Assembly: GCA_002269645.1 (NCBI GenBank)
Contig: NIVC01000322.1
Coordinates: 1-64,000 of the forward strand
DNA from: Macrostomum lignano
Lineage: Eukaryota
Reading direction: 5' to 3'
Length of the DNA: 64,000 nt
Part shown: piece by piece, positions 1 to 10,444 of the stretch
Numbering within the stretch: the first letter of the stretch is position 1
How the letters are laid out: every line of letters starts with the position of its first letter
Notes under the pieces: generated by a model
What the model was told of the DNA's origin: nothing
The model's input: the letters and a program-made list of their open reading frames with translations, nothing else
The model's database searches: none
Program-made: the position numbers and the translations under genes

Positions 1-527
1 TATTTATATAGTTATTTGAATAACTATAACTTCAAATAGTTATTTGAAGGATTGTTGTTTGTCTTTTAAAGTCAAAAATGTGTCGATATTTTTCGCCTTA
101 AAGTAGTATTATGATTTTAGCTTTATTTTTGTTTGGGATAGGGAAATCTTGTGTTGTTTTATTGGTTTAAGTTTCGTCATTTTTGTTATGGGGTATATCT
201 AGAATATATCCTCTTTTGGAACGTTGATTTTTTGCGCGTCATATTTATTTTTTAAAGGATATATTCGATTGTGTCATTTCTACATTCTGCGTCATCCAAA
301 GGCCCGTCAGGTTGTTTACAAACCTGCTAATGTAAAATTACGTATTATTAAACTTAGCCATCGTACTATTCATGTCTTGGTAAAAAAATCGAAGTGGGAA
401 AGACTTTAAGCGGTACACAAACATTATCACCGCCAGTTAAAAAAATTGTCTACAATACTGAAAAGTCGCGTCGCTTTGGTGTCAAGGTCAAAGTCATTGT
501 TCTTTTAATCGGTCGGTCTTGTTATCG

Positions 528-3500
528 TTAGTAGTAACCATTTTGCCGAAGCATCTTAACGGCCAATGCAGCGGCTCGTTCAACGCTCACAGAGACGATT
601 TTTGGCTGTTTTTATAAAATCGAAAAGTTGGTCGTCATTTTTTGTGCTTTTGTCAATGAAGAATATTAAGAAACATTATAATACTACGACGGGCAACTTA
701 CTTTTAATCTAACCAGCTGGCTTATTTTCGTTCGCAGTCGTCTGTGCGTCAAAACGCACTTTTTGTTTTTGTGAATCAGTCTCACAAGCAGTTGTTCGTC
801 TGAGCAAAACTCCAGCGCTGTTAGCAAGTCCTGCACGTCGGAGGTATCAGTTTCTAGGATTTCTTCAAACCAAGCGCTTGACTCAATGAAACTAACTGAT
901 GCATTCATTGCTAGTTTCAGAGACTTCCAGAAAGCATCAAAATTTATATAGTACCAATTTATGTACAGACATGTTACAGGGAAGAGCTCGATCAGACTCT
1001 GCGGCAGGAAATTTAAGGCCAGCTGCGTGTCATGCTCAAAACAAAACTTCCAAGCTGAGTCGCAATGTTTTATTTGCTTCCAAACTACTTCTGTATAATC
1101 CTGTTGGTCTGCTGCTTTAAACTCTAATCGAATTCCTTTACGAAGAAGTGCTTTCGATGCACCGGTACTTAATACGTGGAGAGCCTCATCAAGCTTGCCG
1201 AACTTCATATAAGACATGACTATCAGACACTGTCGGGCAGAAAATGCATAGTCGGGAATCCTCGATGCGTCTTTCAGCAACGACTGCAGCTCATGGTCGC
1301 TAGTACAGTCATTCTTGCCCAATCTCAATAGCAAACTTCGCACTGCGTCATAAAGATCTTCGTACTGGATGTTGTCCCAGTGGATTTCCGTGCTCCTTGC
1401 TTTCATCACTGGCTGCATAAGGAACGGATGAAAGTGGAAAGAGCCGTCTGGCCTGACTGGCCGCAAATTGGCCTTGAATTCGAGAATAACGTTATGAAGA
1501 TCACTAATGACTTTATTAACGACAGTAGCGATGCGTTTCTTCCCACTGTGTCCTTTCTTGAGATACAGACAGGCATTCCGTAGAAAAAAGTGATTCATCA
1601 GTTTATTTTCATCATTTGAGTTGCAGACTAAGCAGCTGTGTAGCTTTCGTAAGGCGATTCTCGTTAGGTAAATCAAACTTCCAGGCTTCCAGTCTTTTGC
1701 TGGTGTTTCATCCAGCAGATAAAATAAGAGATTCTTAGCGTGATAAGTTTTCAACCCTTGAACTTGTGGTGAGATCACTTTCTTCACTATGAACTTTATT
1801 AGCACAAACACCTGACCTTGAATGTCATTAAGGCTTCTGAACAGTTTTCGCTCCAGAAATATGGTGCTCACTCGCAACTGATGGCCCTCCAATCCCGGAG
1901 AGGCAGCCGTCACTAAATGACACGGAAATTCCGGTTGCGACAGAGTGCTCTTCAAGTCTTGCAGCACAGCTGGGTCGATGTTGCTCTTCTCATACAGTGG
2001 CTGTTGAAGTAACTCGATTGGAGGGTAACTGCAGGAGCGAACAGCCCACACGAGATCCACTGCTGGTTTCCAGTCCATTCCAAACCAGGATTGGCCGGGT
2101 TTTCAGCTGAAAAGGAAATTGGACCAAATTGAAGTGTCAATTTTTGCTAATCAAAAGACGTGTTTGCTGTAAATTGTTACTTTTTGCCCGATTGAAACAA
2201 TCTTTTTTGCCTCACCTGTGTTTGGGCAGTAGACGTGTCCGTTTTGGACTTCAATGGCATAAATTCCCAAACTTTTGTCACATTCGCAAGTCTCCTCAAA
2301 GTGAATTACGCGGTTTCTGTCAATAACAGTGACATCAATGTCCGAGCCATGGTCTGTCCGGCCGTCCAATCGCACCAGACTGCTTGACCAGCCCTCGGGA
2401 AAGCTGCCAACAAAGTGAATGTCGTGCTCAACAAACTCGCCAAAGTCTAGTCTGCTTCTCACTATGGACTGTGTGACTTCGGCTAATGCACTTTGTATCT
2501 TGGCTCTTTCTTGAATAAAACCGGCAGAGTTTAAAGTCGAGTGAAGGTTCTTGCTCAACGAAACTTCATATTTGTTGCTGTCACTGCTGCAATTAGCGTA
2601 TTTACATTGTACATTAGCACAAATAGTCAATGAAGCAACGAATATCCATAAGAATACTTACTTTGTTGCTGGATCCGTAATCGAGCTAGCCTGAGTATCA
2701 ATCTTTGATGATTGATCATCAAGCAGTTGACGCAATGCCACCACAGAATCAAGACTGCTGTAATCCGGTAGCTGATTGACAGTTGAGCTGTGTCGCATCA
2801 GTTGAACCAGAGTTTCACATTGACCTAATACGCACGCCATTACAGCAGCCGTTAATCCAGCTCTATTCTTGATACTTGGATCGCATCCTTCTTTAAGCAA
2901 CTGCTGGATGACTTCTTCTCTGCCGGCGCATGCAGCAGCATGCAACACTGACTCTCTCGTCGTGAAGAAGCGCTTTCGGGTCGGCGCCAGCGAGAACTAG
3001 CTCAGCTATGGAGTCTGAAGAGCCGCTGTAAGCTGCTGCGCAAAGAGGTGTCACTCCTCGATTATCTGATAAATTAGGATCAGCATTCGCTTTCGAAAGC
3101 ATGGCCCGTAGCAAGATTGTATATCCTTTCTGAGCTGCCAGAAGCAGGGGCGTCACATGATCAACTCTTTTTGAGTTGCTGTCCGCCCTCGATGAAAGCA
3201 GCAATTTTACTACCTTCTCAAAGCCTTTCCCAGCCGCGATGTGCAATGCGGATGCACCAAAAGTTCGCTTAATATTGACATCAGCATGAGCTTCCGTCAG
3301 CAGCTCCACGATAATTGAATGGTCGTGCCAAGCGGCCAGGTGTAGAGGGCTTTGTCCGTCATTGTCTTGCAAATCGACCTGCGCCATCCAATTAATGAGT
3401 AGTCTTACGGCTCCTTCCTGGCCGCGTTCGGAAGCCCAGTGAATCGCTGACCGACCAGTTGCATCCTTGGAGTCGGGATCAGCGCCTCTTTGCAGAAGCT

Positions 3501-3597
3501 GTTCAAGTTTTAGCACATTTCCATTGATTGCTGCCAGTCTTAGTAGTGATACTTCTTTGTCAATTGACGCAGGTGCATTTTTAGAAGGAATATCCAT
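528..3597 (-). CDS. Ankyrin-repeat (8x) + cGAS-like/Mab-21 nucleotidyltransferase (cGLR), copy 1; 4 exons, two 1-nt frameshifts (possible pseudogene or assembly error)
   Basis: Exons 3597-2662, 2586-2216, 2106-702, 605-528. Introns: GTAAGT..TTGCAG (75 nt, phase 2), GTGAGG..TTTTCAG (109 nt, phase 1), GTAAGT..AAACAG (96 nt, phase 0). Ankyrin motifs SAIHWASERG, SPLHLAAWHD, SALHIAAGKG, TPLLLAAQKG and others. NTase motif VGSFPEGW...SDIDVTVI, then PAVDLVW, CHLV...LRVSTIFLERKL and Mab-21 C-lobe LKTYHAKNLLFYLL...W...L..L. Frameshifts near 2955-2960 (+1) and 2100-2103 (-1). Confidence 0.85.
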
Positions 3598-3682
3598 AAT
3601 AATTTGTAAAACACCAAGCTTTTACCTTGCAGTGTTTATATTAGAACTCCTGCGCAATGCCAGTGCTAGCTGTTTTATATAA

Positions 3683-5004
3683 ATGGACAAACCAGTCCAA
3701 GTTGGCAAAAAGCCAGCATTGGCAAAACAGCAGACAGTTGAATCAATACTGGATTTTAAGATCTTGGGTTTTGCGCACAATTTGCGTGTGCAAATAATAA
3801 CACGAGATCTGAACTCGATAGCAGAATACTTGGCAGTACTTGACAATAGTTTTTATGCGCTAGACGTAAACGCTGTGTTTGTCCGCGTTCGTCTTGCATG
3901 GAATATGTAAGCTTGATTGCGAACTGTTGATTTTTCGTGAATATCAACCTTTGCACGCAGAACACTTTCCTCTCTATGTTTTCTCGATGTTATTAGCTCG
4001 TACTCCCGATAGTGCGAATGAAATGTAGATAAGCCTTTGATAAGCAGGATTTTGCTTGCATATCTCTATGCAACAAACAATGCTAAAGATTATAGAATTA
4101 TTATTAACAAAATTAAACACAAAGTTTATGCCTACACAGAGCTATAAATCATTTTTTCATTAGTAATAACTTTAAATAAATTTAAAACTATTTTTTGGAA
4201 AAATGTCATCAAACTTGACGTCGTTACCTATCGGATCCCATCTCTCCCAATCGCAACCCAAGTCAATCTCCATTTCCCCAAATCCCCATCCCCTATCGGA
4301 TCCCATCTCTCCGAATCCCTACTCAAGTCAATCTCCATCTCCCCAAATCCCCATTTCCTACCAGATCCCATCTCTCACAATCCCTACCCAAGTCATATTC
4401 TCATTTCTTCAAATCCCCATCCTCAATCAGATCCCCATGTTCCCAAATCCCCATCCCCTATCAGATAAGTATGTCCCCCAAATCCTTATCTCTCCAAATC
4501 CCTATCTTCCAAAATATCCATCCCGTATCAGATCCCCATCTTCCCAAATCCCTATCCCCAATCGGATTAAAGGATATTTAATCTCTCAAAATTCCCATAA
4601 CTATTTCCCCATATCGAACATTTATCCCTAATATGAGGATTTACGTATCTACAAGTTTTAAGCGCTTTCTCATCCCGCACCGCAGATATGGCATACCCGC
4701 TAAGCTGATCCAGGCCGGGGACCTGCCAGACCGAGCCCAGTGCCGCGTGCCCTTCGGTCTGCTGGACTGGCCCGACTACAACTTGAACGAGAACCTCTCA
4801 GCCATTGTAACCGGCCTGTTGAATGAGAAACCAAAGAAATCCAATCGTGAATTCATCATGTCAGTCTCGGTCGCGTGTCCTCCGTCTGACGAGCTGTTCC
4901 TACTAGATTGGAAACCGTACACCATTGCGGCAGATTCTTCAAGCACTGCTGCTGACAGGGTAGCACCGGATACGGCTGATGCTGTTGCGGCTTCTGCTAG
5001 TTAA
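3683..5004 (+). CDS. Putative two-exon gene of unknown function (about 180 aa), head-to-head with cGLR copy 1
   Basis: ATG 3683 to a phase-2 donor AT|GTAAGC at 3907; phase-2 acceptor CCGCAG| at 4685; exon 2 is 4686-5004, GC-rich and open to TAA. No recognisable domain. Confidence 0.45.
4255..4620. repeat. Degenerate pyrimidine-rich (ATCCCC-type) low-complexity intronic repeat
   Basis: Repeated ATCCCCAT/CCCAAATCC motifs; the 4203-4631 ORF is a by-product. Confidence 0.7.
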
Positions 5005-5049
5005 TTATTTACATTTTATGTATTATGGATTTTATTGCTTTTAAGGTGC

Positions 5050-8000
5050 AGTGGTATGCCCTGACTGACTGGGGTTTAGTTTATGTATGCTTGTACCATT
5101 GAGTATTTTATTCTTTAAAATACACGCGACCGCCAAGAGAAACTTCAGATTGCTTGGCCACACGAACACCACATTGGTGGCAGCGGTGAAAAGAGAAAAG
5201 CTACGCTCGCAACTAGAGAATGTTATACACAGTTATACAGCATTGGGCATTTCGATCCAGACGAAGATCCGCTCAACATTCAGATAAGTGGAACGACTAT
5301 GTGCAGGAAGTCGAGCTGTTCATGGAAGTGCAAGGAATAGCTGACGAAAAGAAGCAAGCCACATTATTGCTTTTAGCAGGGCCGAAAATCTGAAAGTTGT
5401 TGCAAACTGTAAACTATGAACAAGGCTACGAAGCAACGAAGGAAGCGCTCAGCTCTATTCCAAGGTGCAACCAACAGCGTCCATGAGACTTACAAGCTGC
5501 TGTCAGTCAGCCAGATAGAGGGAGAACCGTTTAATACCTTCTACAGTCGTCTAAAAAGTGCAGCAAAGTACTGCAACTTACACGTCGAGTACAAGACTGA
5601 AGGAAATGAGAGAACACAATAAAGCTCAGCTTCGAGGATCGTCTGCTACGCGATCTGATAGTCCTAAAGAGCACGTCAAAGCCGCTAAGGACTCTGCTGC
5701 TAAAGGAAAGCTCTGACCTCACCTTGAAGAAAGCAGTAGAAATCAGCAAGAATTTCGAAGCAACAAATACACAGGCTAAAGACATTGAAAAACCAACCAA
5801 TGAGGCGCGCAACACAGTCAGCAAAATAAACAACAGACCAACTAGCAATCTACAGTTCAAACAGACTGGCAAGCGGACATCAACTCCAAACACCAACAAG
5901 TGCGATCGAGTCTGCTACAGATGCAACAGGACAGGCCACCGTCCTTAGATTGCTTCGCTCGTGACATGGAATGCAAGCATGGAGACTAAATCTAAAGACA
6001 AGGAGCAGAATAAACACCAGAAATATCCAGATGTTTGAGCAACCGGAACAGCAAAGTGGCAACGACGAATCGAATGGCGAAGAAATCAACACTGTCGCTA
6101 TGACTGAATCGAAGGACTCAGCAGGCACAAGAACCAAAGTGAAGATCAATGGTATTGAGAGTACAGTGCTCATTGACTCCAGATCCTCAGCAAGTTTGAT
6201 CACAGGAATCAGAAAAGGAAAGACTAGTAAGGTACGACTGACCGTTGACTTAAGAAACTCAACGAGGCAACGGAAAAGCTACAATTTCCTATCCCATCTC
6301 TGGATGATCAGCTCACAAATATAGGAGAAGCAAGCTGCTTCAGCTAAATTGATGGCAAGAAAATGTTCCATCAAATTGAACTGGACAGTGAATCTAGAGA
6401 CATCTGACAAAGTTCTCAACAGGAATCCCTGGACAACCGCTATACAGGTACAAACGATTGCCGATGGGTTGGGTCAACTCGTCATTCTACGAGTATCTCC
6501 AAGCCTACATAACAAAAGTTTTGGCTGGTTTACAAGGACTGCTAAATATTCAGGATGATTTAATTGTGTATGGACAGGACGTCAAGGAGCACAGCAACAG
6601 GCCAAAGCAGGTCTTAGCAAGACTCGTGGAGAACGGCATGACCGTTGGAAAGAAAAAATGCAAATTTGGAATGAGTAAAGCCACTTTTATGGGATTTATT
6701 CTGACCGAGAAGGGAATAACCATCCAAGAGAATAGAACTGAAGCTATTCAAATGTTCAAACCACCATGCAATCCAAGTGAAGTTGAATCGTCTAGCACAA
6801 TTTGTTGCTCGATTCGTACCAAACCTAGCAACCTTGTCGAAGCCTCTGAATGACCTCACAAAGAAAGGAAAGACCTGGGAATGGGGCCCAGAACAAGAAA
6901 CTTCTTTCAACAGCATCAAAGCAGCGATGGGCTCAACGGAAACGCTCGCGTACTTTGGAACAGGGCGAGAAACACAGCTGCGAGTAGACGCTAGTCCTGT
7001 CGGTCTTGGTGCGATCTTGGTTCAGCGGCAGAAAGATGGAAATCTGCAGCCAGTTTGCTATGCCAGTAGAAATCTCACAGGCGTGGAGACTCGATACAGT
7101 CAAATCGAGCGAGAAGCATTGGCAATAAAATGGTGATGCGAGAAATTTTCTCACTTTCTCAAAGGAGCAGCCGAATTCACGGTGATAACGGATCATAAAC
7201 CTCTACTCGGGTGTTTTGCATCAAACTCAAAACCACCACCAAGAGTTGAGCGTTGGGCAATGAGATTGCAACCATTCAAATTTAACATAAAATATGAACC
7301 AGGCGACACCAACGAGGCAGATATTTTGTCGAGACAGCCGGTGAAAAAACCAAACGACTACCACTCGAGATTTCCTCTAGTGTTCATCATGAAGCGCACT
7401 GAATCGAGCGACGTAGTGCGAATTCTAAAGAAAGTGATTTCACTATTTGGACCAATGAAAGAAATCGTCTCAGACAACGGAACAAATTTCTGTTCGAAAG
7501 TCGTTGACGAATACCTTAACAGTCAAGGCGTCATTCACTCGCGGATTCCGCGTCACCCAGCAGCAAATGGGGAGGTGGAAAGATTCAATGAAACATTGAA
7601 CAAAGTCATCAGAAGGTCCAGAATTTTGAACGGATCAAGTTTTGAACAGGAGTTGCAAATCTTCTTGCACGCCTGCAGAACAGCGCCAATGAGAGCAACA
7701 GGACAAAACTTCCTCAAATGAACGACCAGACAATGTATCCTTTGGTGAAGCAGAAAGATAAAGGCGCCGACTACAAAAGAAAAATGTCCAACTATGCTAA
7801 TCGGAACGCTCGTGACTGCGACATCAAAACAGGTGACTCAGTAGTGATTGAAAGGGAAGCAAGGAACAAGCACGACAGCTTTTTTGGTACAGAGCAATAC
7901 TATGTAAGGAAGCGAGTCGGAGGACTGCTGATCCTGGAGAACAAAAGTGGCACAATCAAGAAGCGCCACGTTAACAAGGCCAGAAAGATATTCCCAGACT

Positions 8001-8320
8001 CAAAATCTGACGAGGCTCTGGTAACGTTTTCTGGTGGAGGAGGAATGAGCGACAGTCAGCGAGAAAAGAGGGACGCATCCGAAATACCACAGAGCGATCC
8101 AAGAACAATGCGCAGAAGTGGACTCCGACCAGACTGTACTGAGGAGGCCAATTCGTTTTCCTACAATGGACTGATTTTACTAAAGGTGGAGGGATGTGGT
8201 ATCCCCAGACTGACTGTTCATTTTCATTTCTCTATGTTTGTACCATAGAGTATTTAACTCTTTATAATACACGCGACCGCCTGGAGAAACTTCAGATTGC
8301 TTGGCCACACACGAAAACCT
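5050..8320 (+). mobile_element. Degenerate Ty3/Gypsy LTR retrotransposon (gag-CCHC, protease, RT, RNase H, integrase), fragmented
   Basis: LTRs about 5050-5173 and 8195-8320 (TGTGGTAT...CA; shared TACACGCGACCGCC..GAGAAACTTCAGATTGCTTGGCCACACGAA). PBS TGGTGGCAGCGGTG at 5175-5188; PPT AAAGGTGGAGGGA before the 3' LTR. Protein motifs CYRCNRTGH, VLIDSRSS, VRLTVDLR, IQDDLIVYG, VDASPVGLGAIL, YSQIEREALA, IVSDNGTNF and HPAANGEVERFN. Many stops, frameshifts and internal deletions. Confidence 0.95.
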
Positions 8321-8380
8321 CAGCATATAATACACCACACCTCACCAGAGTTTTGTTACTGTACGTAGTTGATGGATTAG

Positions 8381-8553
8381 AATCTCAGTTGAGATTTAAG
8401 ATATAGACTCAGATTAATCTCAGTCGAGATTTGAGAATAGACTAGATAAATCTCAGGTAAGATTTGAGAATAGACTCAGATACAATCTCAGGTGAGATTT
8501 GAGAATAGACTCTGATAAATAGGTGATAAATTGAGAATATACTCAGATACAAT
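8381..8553. repeat. About 33-bp tandem repeat, ~5 copies
   Basis: Unit ~AATCTCAGGTGAGATTTGAGAATAGACTCAGAT. Confidence 0.8.
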
Positions 8554-8747
8554 GGGCCGTATGCAGAAAGCTTAGTCCAGACTAGCTAGTCCGGACTTGG
8601 CTAGTTCAGTCTATAGTCTATGGTCTAGCTACCCTAGTTCTGTCTATAGTGGACCGGTCTAACTTTGTGTTTCTGCATACCAAATCCTAGTCTAGACTAG
8701 CTTTTCAAGACCGGACTACCCTAGACAGAGCTTTCTGCATACGGCCC
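8554..8747. mobile_element. MITE (194 bp), PIF/Harbinger (Tourist)-like
   Basis: Perfect 19-bp TIRs GGGCCGTATGCAGAAAGCT...AGCTTTCTGCATACGGCCC, flanked by 3-bp direct repeat AAT (8551-8553, 8748-8750). Confidence 0.85.
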
Positions 8748-9615
8748 AATGGCTGGGTCTCAAACGTTCAGTTTGCGGTTACTTCAAGGTTAGTTTCTAT
8801 TTTACGCGTGTATTTCAGACCGTCCGTTGGATGCCTGCTGCTAAGATAATATTTATTTTTAGAATTCAGGCGCAGATTTTCGATTGTGCTACTAACTCAC
8901 TCGGAATAGTAGCAAGCGAAGTTTTTTCTTAGACGGATCGTTGCTTAATTTTTTTAATTCTGTGTATCAAATATTAACATTAAAATATCGTTTCAGTCAT
9001 ATTCTAAAATTATTTGGTAAATCTTATTAATTGTTTTTTAATACTAATACCTGATTTCCTAATCTGTGCAATGAAGATCCTATTTGATAAATCATGTTTT
9101 CCCTTCTATTTGTTTTCGGATTGAATATACACACAATAGTGCTTATTTTTTACAGGCATATTTTACTAATAGTATTATTTATTAAGTTACATAAATAAAA
9201 ACCAATTAGTGATAAGTTTTGATGTCATTGATTTCTTGGTTGTATTAAATGATTTATTGAGCAAATATTTATGAACAAATTGTATAAGTAAATATTCAAC
9301 TATATGTTAATTATAAATGTCACTGATTATATTATGTTAATGCCGAAAACAGTTCCAAGTAAAAATACGTAATTCACAGCAAATTCACGGAAGGGTTGCG
9401 TGTGTACGAAATTACATGAGTAAACGATTTGTCTGATTAGTTGCAGTGATGAACATGTGTTTTGCCTTGTACGAATCGCCAATGACTGACAAATGGATTA
9501 TTAATTAGTGAACTACTTGCACCATTATCAGAGGGTCTAGTTGATGTACGAGTGCATGTCATTCTGGTTCCCTTGTGGACATTTTTTGTTTTACTAGTGG
9601 TGGACATTGTTCACA

Positions 9616-10240
9616 TATGGTGGACATCTTGGATTCGCAGGTGATTGACATTATGGGGTTCTCAGGTGGTGGACATTATTGAATTGGGTTCACAGGTGGT
9701 GGACATTATTGAATTGGGTTCACAGGTGGTGGACATTATTGAATTGGGTTCACAGGTGGTGGACATTATTGAATTGGGTTCTCAGGTGAGGGAAATTATT
9801 GAATTGGGTTCACAGGTGGTGGACATTATTGAATTGGATTCACAGGTGAGGGACATTATTGAATTGGATTCACAGGTGAGGGACATTATTGAATTGGTTT
9901 CACAGGTGGTGGGCATTATTGGGTTCACAGGTGGTGGGCATTATTGATTCGGGTTCTCAGGTGGTGAACATTATTGAATTGGGTTCACAGGTGAGGGACA
10001 TTATTGAATTGGGTTCACAGGTTAGGGACATTATTGAATTGGGTTCACAGGTTAGGGACATTATTGAATTGGGTTCTCAGGTGAGGGACATTATTGAATT
10101 GAGTTTGCAGGTGGTGGACATTATTGAATTGGGCTCACAGGTGGTGGACATTATTGAATTGAGTTTACAGGTGGTGGACATTATTGAATTGGGTTCTCAG
10201 GTGGTAGAAATTATTGATTTGGGTTCTCAGGTGGTGGACA
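9616..10240. repeat. 30-bp minisatellite, ~20 copies
   Basis: Unit CACAGGTGGTGGACATTATTGAATTGGGTT. Confidence 0.95.
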
Positions 10241-10444
10241 TGCCACACATCTGGGTTCAAAGGTATGTATGTATCCATATAACTTCATTCATCAATAAAT
10301 TTCCCCAAGTCTGATGGAGTCAGTCAGTGCTTCCTCTCAGCTTTTTTAAAGATGCCTCAATTAGAAATCGAAATCAGTCCGGAGTCTGCAGTTTGGTCAC
10401 GTGACTTTCATGTTGGAACAATTGAGATGGCTATTTTTAGCTGC

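Noticed and set aside
2103-2105. In-frame TGA as selenocysteine in cGLR copy 1
   Set aside because: The phase-1 donor cannot reach that frame without an indel; a missing A in the A4 run explains it more simply, and the paralog has Ser there.
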